This document shows positions 40,589-50,962 of a stretch of 64,000 nucleotides of DNA, one piece after another. The stretch's first letter is position 1. Every line of letters starts with the position of its first letter. The stretch is from Candidatus Bathyarchaeia archaeon (lineage in GTDB: Archaea > Thermoproteota > Bathyarchaeia > Bathyarchaeales > Bathycorpusculaceae): contig JBEKHN010000002.1 of assembly GCA_050012255.1 (NCBI GenBank), positions 64,001 through 128,000 of the forward strand. The letters run 5' to 3'. The notes beneath the pieces were generated by a model. That model was not told where the DNA came from, ran no database searches, and worked only from the letters and a program-made list of their open reading frames with translations. A program made the position numbers and the translations under genes.

Positions 40589-41986
40589 CTATTTGCCCGC
40601 TATTTGGACACCTTCAAATCTGATGTGAGGTGTTATGCATCTGCCCGAGATTTGGGCTTTCTGGGAGATGCCAGAGATTTGATTGAGCAGACCGCTTGTT
40701 TTGTGACCTTTCGTATCTTGGCTATCGAGCAGGAATCCGTTGATCTGGCCGCCTTTCAGCGGTGTTGAGAGTTCTCCTTTCTTGATGAGGTACGCGTTTC
40801 TAATCTCCGAACCGAAAGAGGTGGTAACAGAATCGGAACCACCACTAGACAGTTGTTCCAGGTAAATCCCTTCCTTCGTCGTTTCGATCATCTCGTCTAA
40901 ACTCATGTCTCCCGGTTCAACGATGATATTCGTTGGCTGCACAGAAGGCAACATCGCGTACTTGAGGTCAACTCTGGTGAATGCCAATGAAAACGCTGGG
41001 AGCTTTTGGCCGTTCCCAGTTGAGTCAACGTTAAACACGGCCGCATACATTGCGTCGTAGAGAAAACTCTTGTGTATTCCCTTTTCGATGAGGGTCGTTC
41101 TTGATTGGGGTGTTCCCTCGTCGTCGAAGCTCGACGACCCAAGGGCGTAATCGAAGACTCCATCATCGTGGACAGTGAGTTCCCTAGAGCCTACTTGTTC
41201 TCCTTTTTTGAACCTGGAGATTCCTCTGAAAACAGAGGATCCAAGACAGTGAAAGCCCACGGTGCTAGGAAGTATGCTTCCCAGGATTTGAGGAGGAAAA
41301 ATAACTGCTGTCTTCATGGTTTTCGGAACCTTCGCCTTCAAGGCGTCCTCAGCCAGCTTCACCCATTTTGGAATCTCCTCGCTCAGGTGCAAGTCATCTG
41401 CTCTTCTGACAATATGCATTGGCCAATACTCTGCAAGCTTTCCTTCCTGTTCCGCTTTCAACGCTAGCTCAATGTAGAAGAAGGTTTCTTTTTTCTCTGC
41501 GTGCAATCCCTCGCTGTTGCGGATCACAGTTGACACGTTGTATGTTCGAACCTTCCCGAACGTTGGCAGAACCGTTTTTGACTTTCTTAGGAGTGAAATC
41601 AGTTCCTCAGTCTTGTCTTTGACGACTGTCTCGGCGTCTGAAGTGATCTTGGCGTCCGCGACTTTCACTGTCGGATACTTTGCGGGTTTTGGCAGTGTGT
41701 AACCCGGGTATTCAGTGATTCTGGCTCCGATGGAAGCAGTCTCTAGACATCTCTTTATGTGCGCGGGTCGCAGGGAATTTCCACTTCCGATGCCGATGCC
41801 GACTTTCTTGTTCTTTGGTTTTATTACTCTGACAGCGTACCCTGAGTTTGTTATCGGACCCCTTACAGTTTCGACGTCGAAGTTGCGGAGCTGAACATCG
41901 TATTCTTCAGCGGTTTCAACGTAGATGTCCCATTGGCCGATGCGTTCTTCTCTCAGAATTTTCTGGATCGAGTTGATTTCGCTCAT
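40589..41986 (-). CDS. pmbA: TldE/PmbA family protein
   Basis: FDDEG, STGNG, PTN..VEPGD; lacks HExxxH. Confidence 0.88.
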   Translation of the reverse strand: MSEINSIQKILREERIGQWDIYVETAEEYDVQLRNFDVETVRGPITNSGYAVRVIKPKNKKVGIGIGSGNSLRPAHIKRCLETASIGARITEYPGYTLPKPAKYPTVKVADAKITSDAETVVKDKTEELISLLRKSKTVLPTFGKVRTYNVSTVIRNSEGLHAEKKETFFYIELALKAEQEGKLAEYWPMHIVRRADDLHLSEEIPKWVKLAEDALKAKVPKTMKTAVIFPPQILGSILPSTVGFHCLGSSVFRGISRFKKGEQVGSRELTVHDDGVFDYALGSSSFDDEGTPQSRTTLIEKGIHKSFLYDAMYAAVFNVDSTGNGQKLPAFSLAFTRVDLKYAMLPSVQPTNIIVEPGDMSLDEMIETTKEGIYLEQLSSGGSDSVTTSFGSEIRNAYLIKKGELSTPLKGGQINGFLLDSQDTKGHKTSGLLNQISGISQKAQISGRCITPHIRFEGVQIAGK

Positions 41987-43383
41987 CCTTGACCCACCAC
42001 TGCTTCAGCTCGGATGTAAACGCCACCGTCTCCGACCGGTACCATATCTTCGTAACCTTTGCCGCAGGTTCCCTGCTCCATGTGAAACTGGTCCTTCTTT
42101 CCTACGGCGTCTATTGACGCGATGAAATCAGGAACGTTTTCAGTCAGCGTAAGCATCGAAAGAACGTTGCCCACTCTTCCTTTTTCTATCACGTAACCCT
42201 TTTTGGACTTCAGCTCCATTCCGCCTGCAAGCGGGTCCTCCATTCCTGAAAAAGAGTGCGCGAACATAACGCCGTAGTCGATCTCTTCTACCAATTCGTC
42301 AAAGCTGTAGTCGCCTGGCTCAACGTACGTGTTAGTCATGCGAACAAAGAGCTTGCGGAGAAAGTTTTCTCTTCTTCCGTTCCCCGTTGGCTCAGCGTTC
42401 ATCAACGATGCTGAGTATCTCTCGTGCAGAAAACCCTTGAGAATGCCGCTCTTCAAGATGTAGTTCTTATTGCTTCTTACTCCTTCATCGTCAAAAAGGA
42501 AGGAACCATTTCCGCCCGGAAGCGTTCCATCGTCACAGATGTTGAGTTTCTCGAATCCGATGCGCTTGCCAAAATACGGCACGAGATACGACCTTTTCCT
42601 CACTATTTGATCAGCTTCACAACCATGCCCAAAGGATTCGTGCGCAAACGTCCCCGTCATCCCTGGGTCAAGAATCACCTTGAAATGTCCTGAGGGCGGA
42701 GCAGACGCTTTCAAGAGGCTGATTGAACTGTCCACAGTTTCCTTCACAGACTTTTCTTCCAAGTCCTTCACAATTTCAAACCCTGCAGTCCCTCCACAGG
42801 ACAGATAATCATAATCCATCTTGCCCGATTCTCTGACGATCGGTACGATTTGAAGAGATATCCGCGGAACTACCTGCCGCAGCACACTGCCCTCAGTGTT
42901 TGCAAAAACCCTTTCCAACACGGTGTCCGAGTAGAAGACTCTTGCATTGACGACCCTCTTGTCGTGGCTCACGACTTCATTGTGAAGCCTTCGAACGTGC
43001 TTGAGCTTCTCTTCAACATCCACTTCAGAAGGGCTGATCTTTACGTTCAACTCTTCATCCAGTTCCCAAGGCTTGAGTTCCTGCAGTTTGACAGAATTCC
43101 TAGACAGTGGTTCAAACCGGGCAAGTTTCCTCGCCATTTCCACCACTCGTGCAGCTGAAAGATCATAAGTGCTTGTCTCTCTCCATTGTCCCAGTTTGTA
43201 AGCTCTGAGGACAATGCCCTGAAAAGCTGCAGGCGTCGAAACGCGTTCCTCAGCATTATCTTTAGCTACTGAGACACCTCCAGCTCTTTCGCAGAGTACA
43301 TCCGCGTATTCAACACCTTTTTCCATTGCTTCAACTGCTTTGATTGACAGTTCCTTTGCCTGGTCAGCAGAGATCTCATCCAC
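41983..43383 (-). CDS. tldD: TldD metalloprotease
   Basis: HESFGHGCEAD, FDDEG, GNGRR, RMTNT, CGK. Confidence 0.92.
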   Translation of the reverse strand: MDEISADQAKELSIKAVEAMEKGVEYADVLCERAGGVSVAKDNAEERVSTPAAFQGIVLRAYKLGQWRETSTYDLSAARVVEMARKLARFEPLSRNSVKLQELKPWELDEELNVKISPSEVDVEEKLKHVRRLHNEVVSHDKRVVNARVFYSDTVLERVFANTEGSVLRQVVPRISLQIVPIVRESGKMDYDYLSCGGTAGFEIVKDLEEKSVKETVDSSISLLKASAPPSGHFKVILDPGMTGTFAHESFGHGCEADQIVRKRSYLVPYFGKRIGFEKLNICDDGTLPGGNGSFLFDDEGVRSNKNYILKSGILKGFLHERYSASLMNAEPTGNGRRENFLRKLFVRMTNTYVEPGDYSFDELVEEIDYGVMFAHSFSGMEDPLAGGMELKSKKGYVIEKGRVGNVLSMLTLTENVPDFIASIDAVGKKDQFHMEQGTCGKGYEDMVPVGDGGVYIRAEAVVGQG

Positions 43384-43550
43384 GGTAAAGCCTCCTCGAA
43401 ACTATGCACAGTCGTGAATTTAAAGAAATACGCGGTATCACAAGGATGTCCTGAGGCACTCTAACCTCTCCTCCCTTCTCGCCCCACGTTATTAGCTGCT
43501 GATACAAAATGTTCAGCTATTAAACTTTAATTACCTCTGACACGGCTATA

Positions 43551-44477
43551 TTGACCTCTCTTGGAAGCCTCAGGCGTATGAGCGCTCTTATCAGCAGATA
43601 CTTGACGCCGTTAACCATAGTTCTAAGCATAGCACTGGGCTTCTCTCTTCCTCAGGTCGGAGTGATTTGGAAACCGTACCTGTCTCTTTTGCTGATGCTC
43701 TTGATGTTCTTCGTCGCGTTAAGCATAGAACCGAACGAAATCGCACGAGCAACGAGGAATTATCCAGTCATAATCATGGGCTTGTTCACAGCGTTTGTCC
43801 TGGTGCCTGCGCTGGCGCTTTCCGCAAAACCCTTTTTCTCATCCATCGTTTACGCTGGGATCATCCTCGCACTCTGCTGCCCATCTGCGATCGTCTCTGC
43901 TTTCTGGGCCAAGGCTTTCAAAGGAGACGTCGCCACCGCCCTAGTCATGAGCATAACCACAAACCTGCTTTCCATAATCACAGTACCTGCAACAATGCTG
44001 ATTGCTATCGGCACAGTCCTCAATGTTGACATTGCAAGCATGATGTTGAATCTGGCAGAGATAATCTTGGTTCCGTTGGCCGCCTCCTTCTTAGTGAGGA
44101 GATTTGTCCACCTTGACTGGAACAGAGCCAGCCTTTTCAGTTCTAAAGCTGAACTGTGCATACTCGCCCTTTTGGTTTGGGGGTCCATCGCGCCAGGAGT
44201 TGAATACGTCAGAAACGACATTGCAGAATTTGTATTACTGAACGCTTTCATACTTGGAATACTCGCATTTGCGTTCACGTTAACCCATTTTCTTACTAGG
44301 GGATTCGGACACAGAAAAGCAGTATCACTTGAGATTGCGACAACAGTGAAAAACGCAGCCCTCTCCCTGGTTGTAGGCCTCGCGGCATTTGGCCCGCAGG
44401 TACTCCCACCACTAATTGCAAACCTTATCGCACAAAACCTGCTTCTCATCCCAGCAAAGGCATTGACAAAAGAATGA
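43551..44477 (+). CDS. bile acid:sodium symporter (BASS) family
   Basis: CCPSA..S, KGDVATAL, E...KNAAL; multiple TM. Confidence 0.85.
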   Translation: MTSLGSLRRMSALISRYLTPLTIVLSIALGFSLPQVGVIWKPYLSLLLMLLMFFVALSIEPNEIARATRNYPVIIMGLFTAFVLVPALALSAKPFFSSIVYAGIILALCCPSAIVSAFWAKAFKGDVATALVMSITTNLLSIITVPATMLIAIGTVLNVDIASMMLNLAEIILVPLAASFLVRRFVHLDWNRASLFSSKAELCILALLVWGSIAPGVEYVRNDIAEFVLLNAFILGILAFAFTLTHFLTRGFGHRKAVSLEIATTVKNAALSLVVGLAAFGPQVLPPLIANLIAQNLLLIPAKALTKE

Positions 44478-44850
44478 CCAAGAACGCGCCACGCTGACTC
44501 CTGCACTGGCCAGAGACGAAAAGGAGATTGCGGGAGCAGTATCCCGATTGAGCGCGCGCGCAGGGTTTTTCATTTGGAAATCACGGTTTGGAGGCTGTCT
44601 ACTCTTTTTTGATACAACTTCATACCTCATACTGGCAATAATAGTTTTCAACGTGTCGACCTTGATATTTTTCTTTGGCAGACCTGGAAAGGCTTCTAGC
44701 TGGGTTGGCGCGCGCTTGCAGTCGGTCATGTGATGACTGATTTCCGACTTCCAGAGCGCGCGCGTTTATCCTTGTGTCTCTTGAAGCGCGCGTCGAGTAC
44801 CACAAGGTATAAATCAACCGGTCGCTCGTTCGGTTGGAAGATGATCAAGT

Positions 44851-45120
44851 TTGCCAAGACTTCTCGCCTTCATAGACATCTTCGTAGAATCAGCAGAAAT
44901 GGACAATGTAGTGGCAGCTCTTTCCAAGCTTGAAAATCTCGAAGAACTTTTCGAAGTAACGGGCGAGTTTGACATTGTGACCCTGTTTTCAGCGTCTGAC
45001 ATTGAGGAGTTCAGGGACATTCTCAAGAACAGGGTGATGAAGATCAAGGGTGTTAAGAGCACGGTGAGCTCCATCATTCTTAAGACACACAAAGGACCTC
45101 GCGCCCGCTCACGCCAGTAG
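44851..45120 (+). CDS. stand-alone Lrp/AsnC ligand-binding (RAM) domain, copy 1
   Basis: EVTGEFDIV..IKGVKST; no HTH. Confidence 0.85.
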   Translation: MPRLLAFIDIFVESAEMDNVVAALSKLENLEELFEVTGEFDIVTLFSASDIEEFRDILKNRVMKIKGVKSTVSSIILKTHKGPRARSRQ

Positions 45121-45175
45121 GCAGGACTGGGGCTAAAGTATTTGGTGGAGGGGCAAGCCATAACCGAAAGAGGTT

Positions 45176-46840
45176 TTGAAAAAGTTGATCGATGCCATTC
45201 AAGTCCTGTGCGTTGTTCTCGTTCTCGGTGTCACAATAGTCATAGCGCGGCTCCTCGCTTCGTACATTACCAGAGTCTTCACTCGTAGACCAACTCGCCT
45301 CGATAAGATTCTGAATCCGATCGAAAACTGGATCTTCAGAATAGGAGGTGTGGACCCCAACCATTCGATGGGCTGGAAGGAATATTTCGTTGCTGCGCTC
45401 CTGCTCAACGTCGCCCAGATGATCTTGGCGTTTCTGATATTGATATTCCAAGGCAAGTTACCTCTGAATCCGCAGGGATTCCCAGGCATGTCATTGGATC
45501 TTGCCTTCCAAACCGTGGTATCTTTCGGAACAAACACCAACCTGCAGCACTACAGCGGGGAACAAACACTTTCGATTCTCAGCCAGATGACGGCAATCCA
45601 GTTTCTCCAGTTTACGTCCGCTGCCACAGGAGTCTGCGTCGCGATAGCCATGGTACGCGGTTTCACAGATAGCTCAAAAGACCTGGGGAACTTCTACGTT
45701 GATTTTGTGAAAGCACTGACAAGGTTGCTCCTACCTCTGTGCTTGATAGCTTCAATAGCACTGGTCGCGCTTGGCGTGCCCCAGACCCTTACTGGATACA
45801 CAACGGTGCAGACCGTTGAAGGAGCGACACAATCGATCCTTATCGGACCCGTGGCCTCACTCGCATCAATAATGCAGATCGGAACAAACGGTGGAGGATA
45901 CTACGGAGCCAATTCCGCCTATCCCTTCCAAAACCCCAGCCCCTTCTCGAATATCTTCGAGATGTTCCTGATGCTGCTTCTCCCGACAGCCTTGATCTTC
46001 GTCTTCGGCCAGTTACTGGGAAAGCGCAGGGAGGCGAGACCCATACTCATCGGGGCGTACGCGTTGTTCGCGATAGACCTCCTAATCGCATTTATTCCAA
46101 CAACGCCTCTGGGGCCCGGCATCGAAGTTAGAATCGGAGGTTTCTTCTCAAGCTTCTGGACCGTCGTCACGACCGCTGTGACCACTGGCTCACTGAACGC
46201 TTCACTCTCCGCCATGCATCCGCTAACCATAACCTCCGGTTTCATGGGGATGCTGATTCAATCGACCCCAGGAGGAAAGGGTGTAGGTTTGATGTACATG
46301 ATCATGTACATCGTGATCACCGTTTTCATAGTTGGACTCATGTCCGGAAGGACTCCTGAATATCTGGGAATAAAGATAACCGCAAGGGACGTGAAGCTTG
46401 TCATGGTCGCGTTTCTAGTTCATCCCATAACAATACTGATTCCCACTGTACTCGCATATGCAACGGGGGCAGCTGGTGCAATCGGTGTCAGCGGCAACTC
46501 GATTGGCTTCACCAAGATACTGTGGGAATTCACAAGCAGCGCCGCGAACAACGGGGCAGACTTTCTCGGCGCATCCGCCAACACACCCTTCTTTAACATC
46601 GCGACGGCCATCGTGATGTTCGTTGGACGGTACGCTCCAATAGCGCTTCTACTGGCTCTAGCGGGGTCTATGATTGGAAGGAGACGCGGCGGTGAAGTGG
46701 GCCTCAAGACGGACAGCATCACGTTCTCCATCGTGCTTGTCGCAAGCATTCTGCTGCTTGTCGTGCTCACATTCCTTCCGTTCCTTGCATTAGGCCCAAT
46801 ACTATCGTACTTCAAAGGACTCGTGAATGGATTTGGCTAG
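45176..46840 (+). CDS. kdpA: K+-transporting ATPase subunit A
   Basis: TNTNLQHYSGE, GTNGGG, GLMSGRTPEYLG, SAANNG. Confidence 0.96.
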   Translation: MKKLIDAIQVLCVVLVLGVTIVIARLLASYITRVFTRRPTRLDKILNPIENWIFRIGGVDPNHSMGWKEYFVAALLLNVAQMILAFLILIFQGKLPLNPQGFPGMSLDLAFQTVVSFGTNTNLQHYSGEQTLSILSQMTAIQFLQFTSAATGVCVAIAMVRGFTDSSKDLGNFYVDFVKALTRLLLPLCLIASIALVALGVPQTLTGYTTVQTVEGATQSILIGPVASLASIMQIGTNGGGYYGANSAYPFQNPSPFSNIFEMFLMLLLPTALIFVFGQLLGKRREARPILIGAYALFAIDLLIAFIPTTPLGPGIEVRIGGFFSSFWTVVTTAVTTGSLNASLSAMHPLTITSGFMGMLIQSTPGGKGVGLMYMIMYIVITVFIVGLMSGRTPEYLGIKITARDVKLVMVAFLVHPITILIPTVLAYATGAAGAIGVSGNSIGFTKILWEFTSSAANNGADFLGASANTPFFNIATAIVMFVGRYAPIALLLALAGSMIGRRRGGEVGLKTDSITFSIVLVASILLLVVLTFLPFLALGPILSYFKGLVNGFG

Positions 46841-49007
46841 AGAAACTGATCGACTGACCGCTAAAGTGCCTATTGTTGAGCGACGAGCATCTCTCTTTTC
46901 TGGAAAGGTGCTCTTAGACTCCGTTGTGAGACTTAACCCGCAGTCACTTCTTTCAAACCCAGTCATGTTTCTCGTAGAGGTAACCTTCTTCATCGTTGCG
47001 GCGATGGCAGTATACCCGCAAGGTTTCGTGCCAGTAGCAAGCCCAAGCGAGAGAATTTTCTACGTCCAAGTCTCGATTATCCTCATCGTCACGGTTTGGT
47101 TCAGCACTCTGTCTGATGCACTTGCTGAGAGGCAGGCGAAGAACACGGCGAGCAGCCTGCGAAAGCTCGAGACGGAGGCTCCGAGCAAGAAGATCGTGAC
47201 CGAAGGATGGACTAGGAAAGTCGTCCCCACCTCATCAAAGGAGCTGCGCAGGGGCGACCTGCTTTCTCTGGAGAAGAATGACATTATCCCCACAGATGCT
47301 GAAGTGCTTGAAGGCATCGCCATGGTCGATGAATCTCTCCTCACGGGAGAATCCACGCCCGTTCGCAAGGCACCGGGTGACGCGCTGATAGGAGGTTCAA
47401 GGGTCATCAGCGACAACCTGACCGCAAAAGTCACCGTAAACCCTGAGGAGAGCTACATCAACCAGATGATAATGATGGTGGAGTCATCCAAGAGACCGAA
47501 GACGGCAAACGAGCAAGCAGTAACCATGGTCCTCATCGGACTCACGGCCATATTCAGCATAATCATTCTATCACTTCTCGGACTTTCCGTAACTCTCAGT
47601 CTCGGAGGCGACCTTTCCGTGCTCATCGCACTCTACGTCTGTCTTCTTCCAACCACTATAGGGGCCCTTCTGCCCGCGATCGGACTCTCAGGAATATCCA
47701 GGTTGTACGGAAGAAAGATCGTTGCAAAGTCCGGCAAAGCGGTAGAAACGGCGGGGGACGTAGACGTGATTATCATGGACAAAACGGGCACGATCACGGT
47801 TGGTAACAGGCAGGCGATACAGATCATACCCCTTGAAGGGCACACGGAGAGAGAAGTAGGCGAGGCCGCATTTCTCTCCTCTTGGCACGATGACACTCCC
47901 GAGGGCCGCAGCATAATCAGGCTAGCCCACGAAAAGGGTTTCATACCGGGAGAGCTTAACGCTCTTGCCCTCTCGGAAGTGTACGAGTTCTCCGCCAGCA
48001 CCCGCACCAGCGGTGTGAAGATAACGCAGAACGTGCGCTTCATACTGCCAAAAGGCGGCAAGTCAGGCCGGTTGCGGGGAAGGTTCAGGCGGAAATCTGC
48101 CGAGGAAGTCTTGGCAGAGGGGACCCATCTGACGTCGGAGTCTGAGATTGTGGTGATGAAGGGTGCTCCCAACTCTATCTTGAAGATGATTCAATCAATT
48201 CCCCCCGGCTTCGAAAGCACCGTGGAGAGCATCTCGTCGGCAGGTGACACTCCGATCGCTATGGAACGGAACGGAGAGGCGATCGGGATGATCAGGTTGA
48301 AAGACGTTCTGAAGCCCGACATCAAAGAGAAGGTACATTCCATCAAGCTGATGGGGATAAGACCTGTAATGATAACCGGAGACCAGCCCTTGACTGCGAA
48401 AAGCATCGCCGCCGAAGTGGGCATCGAAGAGTACGTGCCCCAAGCCAAACCTGAAGACAAGTACGACATTGTCCTGAGAGAGCAGGCTCATACAAGAACC
48501 GTCGCGATGATAGGGGACGGCACAAACGATGCCCCAGCACTGGCAAAGGCGGACGTTGGACTCGCAATGAACTCGGGCACTCAGCCTGCGAAGGAGGCGG
48601 CAAACATGATTGACCTTGAGTCGAATCCCGCGAAGATAATCGATGTCGTCATGCTCGGCAAGCAGCTTCTCATGACTCGCGGAGCCGTGACGGCGTTCAG
48701 CATAGCAAACGACGTGTCCAAGTACTTCGCGATAGTGCCCGTCATGTTCGCGACGATTGAGGCGCTGAAGAACCTGAACGTGCTTCAACTTTCAACAGTA
48801 CACAGCGCGGTTCTTTCAGCGCTGATATTCAACGCCATTATCATTCCACTCCTGATTCCTCTGGCGATGAGAGGAGTGGCGTTCAAGCCCTCAAGCACTA
48901 TGACGCTCTTCTTGAAGAACACGTTGATTTACGGAGTGGGAGGCGTCATAGTCCCGTTCGTGGGAATCAAGCTGATAGACATCTTGCTTTCAGTCTTTCA
49001 CGTATAG
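46827..49007 (+). CDS. kdpB: K+-transporting ATPase subunit B
   Basis: NPVMF, TGES, CLLPTTIG, DKTGT, GDGTNDAPAL, FSIANDV. Confidence 0.97.
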   Translation: MDLARETDRLTAKVPIVERRASLFSGKVLLDSVVRLNPQSLLSNPVMFLVEVTFFIVAAMAVYPQGFVPVASPSERIFYVQVSIILIVTVWFSTLSDALAERQAKNTASSLRKLETEAPSKKIVTEGWTRKVVPTSSKELRRGDLLSLEKNDIIPTDAEVLEGIAMVDESLLTGESTPVRKAPGDALIGGSRVISDNLTAKVTVNPEESYINQMIMMVESSKRPKTANEQAVTMVLIGLTAIFSIIILSLLGLSVTLSLGGDLSVLIALYVCLLPTTIGALLPAIGLSGISRLYGRKIVAKSGKAVETAGDVDVIIMDKTGTITVGNRQAIQIIPLEGHTEREVGEAAFLSSWHDDTPEGRSIIRLAHEKGFIPGELNALALSEVYEFSASTRTSGVKITQNVRFILPKGGKSGRLRGRFRRKSAEEVLAEGTHLTSESEIVVMKGAPNSILKMIQSIPPGFESTVESISSAGDTPIAMERNGEAIGMIRLKDVLKPDIKEKVHSIKLMGIRPVMITGDQPLTAKSIAAEVGIEEYVPQAKPEDKYDIVLREQAHTRTVAMIGDGTNDAPALAKADVGLAMNSGTQPAKEAANMIDLESNPAKIIDVVMLGKQLLMTRGAVTAFSIANDVSKYFAIVPVMFATIEALKNLNVLQLSTVHSAVLSALIFNAIIIPLLIPLAMRGVAFKPSSTMTLFLKNTLIYGVGGVIVPFVGIKLIDILLSVFHV

Positions 49008-49008
49008 G

Positions 49009-49485
49009 ATGGAGACGATCTTGACAACAAAGACTAAGGAAAAATGGAGCTACAGACCGTTAGTGACACTAGCACTACTCTCATTCCTAATTTGCGGACT
49101 GTTCTTCCCGCTTCTCATCACCGGGCTGGCTCAGCTACTCTTTCCGTACCAGGCAAATGGCGAGATCATCAAACTCAACGGCCAGAATATTGGTTCGAAC
49201 CTGATCGCCCAGAATTTCACCAAACCTATCTATTTCCATCCTAGGGACACGCCTACGCCTGTCTCAGCTTCAGGCGTCGACCCAGACATCACGCTTGACG
49301 ACGCGTACTCTCAGATACCTAGAATACACAACGCCACGGGTATTCCGACGGATTCTCTGAGAAGCATCGTGAACCAGAACGAGGAGGGCACACTATGGAT
49401 CTTCGGCAACCCCTACGTGAACGTGCTACAAATCAATCTGGCGCTGATAAGGACATATCCTTCTATTTACAACAGCTTCCCGTGA
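49009..49485 (+). CDS. kdpC: K+-transporting ATPase subunit C
   Basis: QANG, GS.LIAQ.F, YFHPR, SASGVDPDI, VNVL..N.AL. Confidence 0.95.
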   Translation: METILTTKTKEKWSYRPLVTLALLSFLICGLFFPLLITGLAQLLFPYQANGEIIKLNGQNIGSNLIAQNFTKPIYFHPRDTPTPVSASGVDPDITLDDAYSQIPRIHNATGIPTDSLRSIVNQNEEGTLWIFGNPYVNVLQINLALIRTYPSIYNSFP

Positions 49486-49600
49486 ACTAGAAACCCACAT
49501 CCAAGCAATAGAGCTCTTTGGCAACATCTTTTTCCAACAGACGGATTTCATCTCCACCGCGCCCGTGCGTGCTACCAGTCCTGTTTACCGAAACGTTTAA

Positions 49601-49621
49601 AGGGACACGGCGCGTGTCCCT
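49601..49621. promoter_or_regulatory. 9-bp inverted repeat directly after a TTTAAA box
   Basis: AGGGACACG-GCG-CGTGTCCCT about 20 bp upstream of Lrp copy 2. Confidence 0.45.
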
Positions 49622-49640
49622 GTGAGAAAGATGACTATAC

Positions 49641-49904
49641 ATGTCCCGCCTACTCGCATTCGTCGACATCTTCGTAGAATCAGCAGAAATGGACAATGTA
49701 GTGGCAGCTCTTTCCAAGCTTGAAAATCTCGAAGAACTTTTCGAAGTAACGGGCGAGTTTGACATTGTGACCCTGTTTTCAGCGTCTGACATTGAGGAGT
49801 TCAGGGACATTCTCAAGAACAGGGTGATGAAGATCAAGGGTGTTAAGAGCACCGTAAGCTCCATCGTTGCCCGCGCTGGTCAAAGACGAAAAGTCTCCAC
49901 TTGA
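49641..49904 (+). CDS. stand-alone Lrp/AsnC ligand-binding domain, copy 2
   Basis: 188 bp (49665-49852) identical to 44875-45062. Confidence 0.85.
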   Translation: MSRLLAFVDIFVESAEMDNVVAALSKLENLEELFEVTGEFDIVTLFSASDIEEFRDILKNRVMKIKGVKSTVSSIVARAGQRRKVST

Positions 49905-50327
49905 GAAATCCCCTTTGATACACAACCAATTCTGACAGGACCTTAGTCGTAAGTGAAGGGGTCTGGAACGAAAAAGAAGGAACGACGTCACTATCTAGCA
50001 GCGCGCGCATCATTTCAAGAGGGACAGAATTTGGCCTCATTCGGCTGTGCCTTCTATCCTGTTTTCGCGCGCTGGTCTTTCAAAACCGCACAGAGAACAT
50101 CCTAGAAATAGCTTCCTTTTGCGTGAGACGTGGCGTAGCGTTCTAAAATGAGAAAGACCCCTGCTTGAAAACATGGCAGATTTGTAGTTAGCACGCGGTT
50201 ACATTCTGAAATGCGCGCGCCCCTTAGTTCTGGCTGTTCGGGAGATGTCCATTGGTTGTGAAAATCGTAGACCGGGCTTCTAAGATAATGATATATGAAA
50301 GCTCTGCCACACGAATAGACGATCCAT

Positions 50328-50705
50328 ATGAAGTCAAAATTCACGTATGCTGGAATAAGAGTCACAAATCTGCAAAGATCCATTGATTTTTACACGAAAG
50401 TGCTTGGCATGAAGGTCAAAGGTCGGGGCAAGATTGACCAAACCAAAGGCGAAACTGTCGGCCTCGAAAGCGAGAAGGATGGTTTCACTTTGGAACTCAA
50501 CTATTACGAAAAAGACAGCCCGTTTAACACGAAATACTTTGTGGGAGAAGGGTTAGACCATCTTGCCTTCAACGTAGACAATCTAGGGAAGGCCTTGGAG
50601 GAAGCGAAAAAAGCAGGGTACAAAACCATCCTGGAAATGAAAGCAGACGGCGGTCGATGGGCCTACATAGAAGACCCAGACGGGATCTGGATCGAACTCT
50701 TCTAG
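50328..50705 (+). CDS. VOC/glyoxalase family protein
   Basis: IRVTNLQRSIDFYTKVLG, LELNY, HLAF, DPDGIWIEL. Confidence 0.92.
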   Translation: MKSKFTYAGIRVTNLQRSIDFYTKVLGMKVKGRGKIDQTKGETVGLESEKDGFTLELNYYEKDSPFNTKYFVGEGLDHLAFNVDNLGKALEEAKKAGYKTILEMKADGGRWAYIEDPDGIWIELF

Positions 50706-50857
50706 ACCTTTGATGCATACGAAAATCCTGACCAAAAATTCACAAGTCAAAGGGCATATGCTACACAGCTTGGAACAGGTCTATCTCCTCGTCTCACTCG
50801 GACAAGGCAACTCTTTATTTCGTTAAAGCTTTATACTCAGAGAAGCTGTCACCGAAA

Positions 50858-50960
50858 CAGGCGGTTGGAAAGGCCAATGCCGAAGCGGGCGAAGACTCAG
50901 ATTAGTGTTCCATTCTGAAATACTGCACCCCTAGCCGTGAGGCTAGACTATGGAGATGGG
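50858..50960 (+). ncRNA. candidate structured non-coding RNA
   Basis: upstream TTTATA box, three stems including CTAGCC-GTGA-GGCTAG (GNRA loop); no family recognised. Confidence 0.3.
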
Positions 50961-50962
50961 TT

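Noticed and set aside
40589-43383. TldD/TldE pair as a RiPP-processing cluster
   Set aside because: No precursor peptide or modification enzymes nearby; the pair is common in archaea.
37124-44538. Shared ATTGCGGGAGCA at about 37124 and 44527
   Set aside because: A single 12-mer pair with no extension is within chance expectation.
44730-44785. GTGATGA as box C of a C/D sRNA
   Set aside because: No properly spaced terminal CTGA box D.
45120-45176. kdpF small ORF upstream of kdpA
   Set aside because: The gap is too short and holds no hydrophobic ORF.
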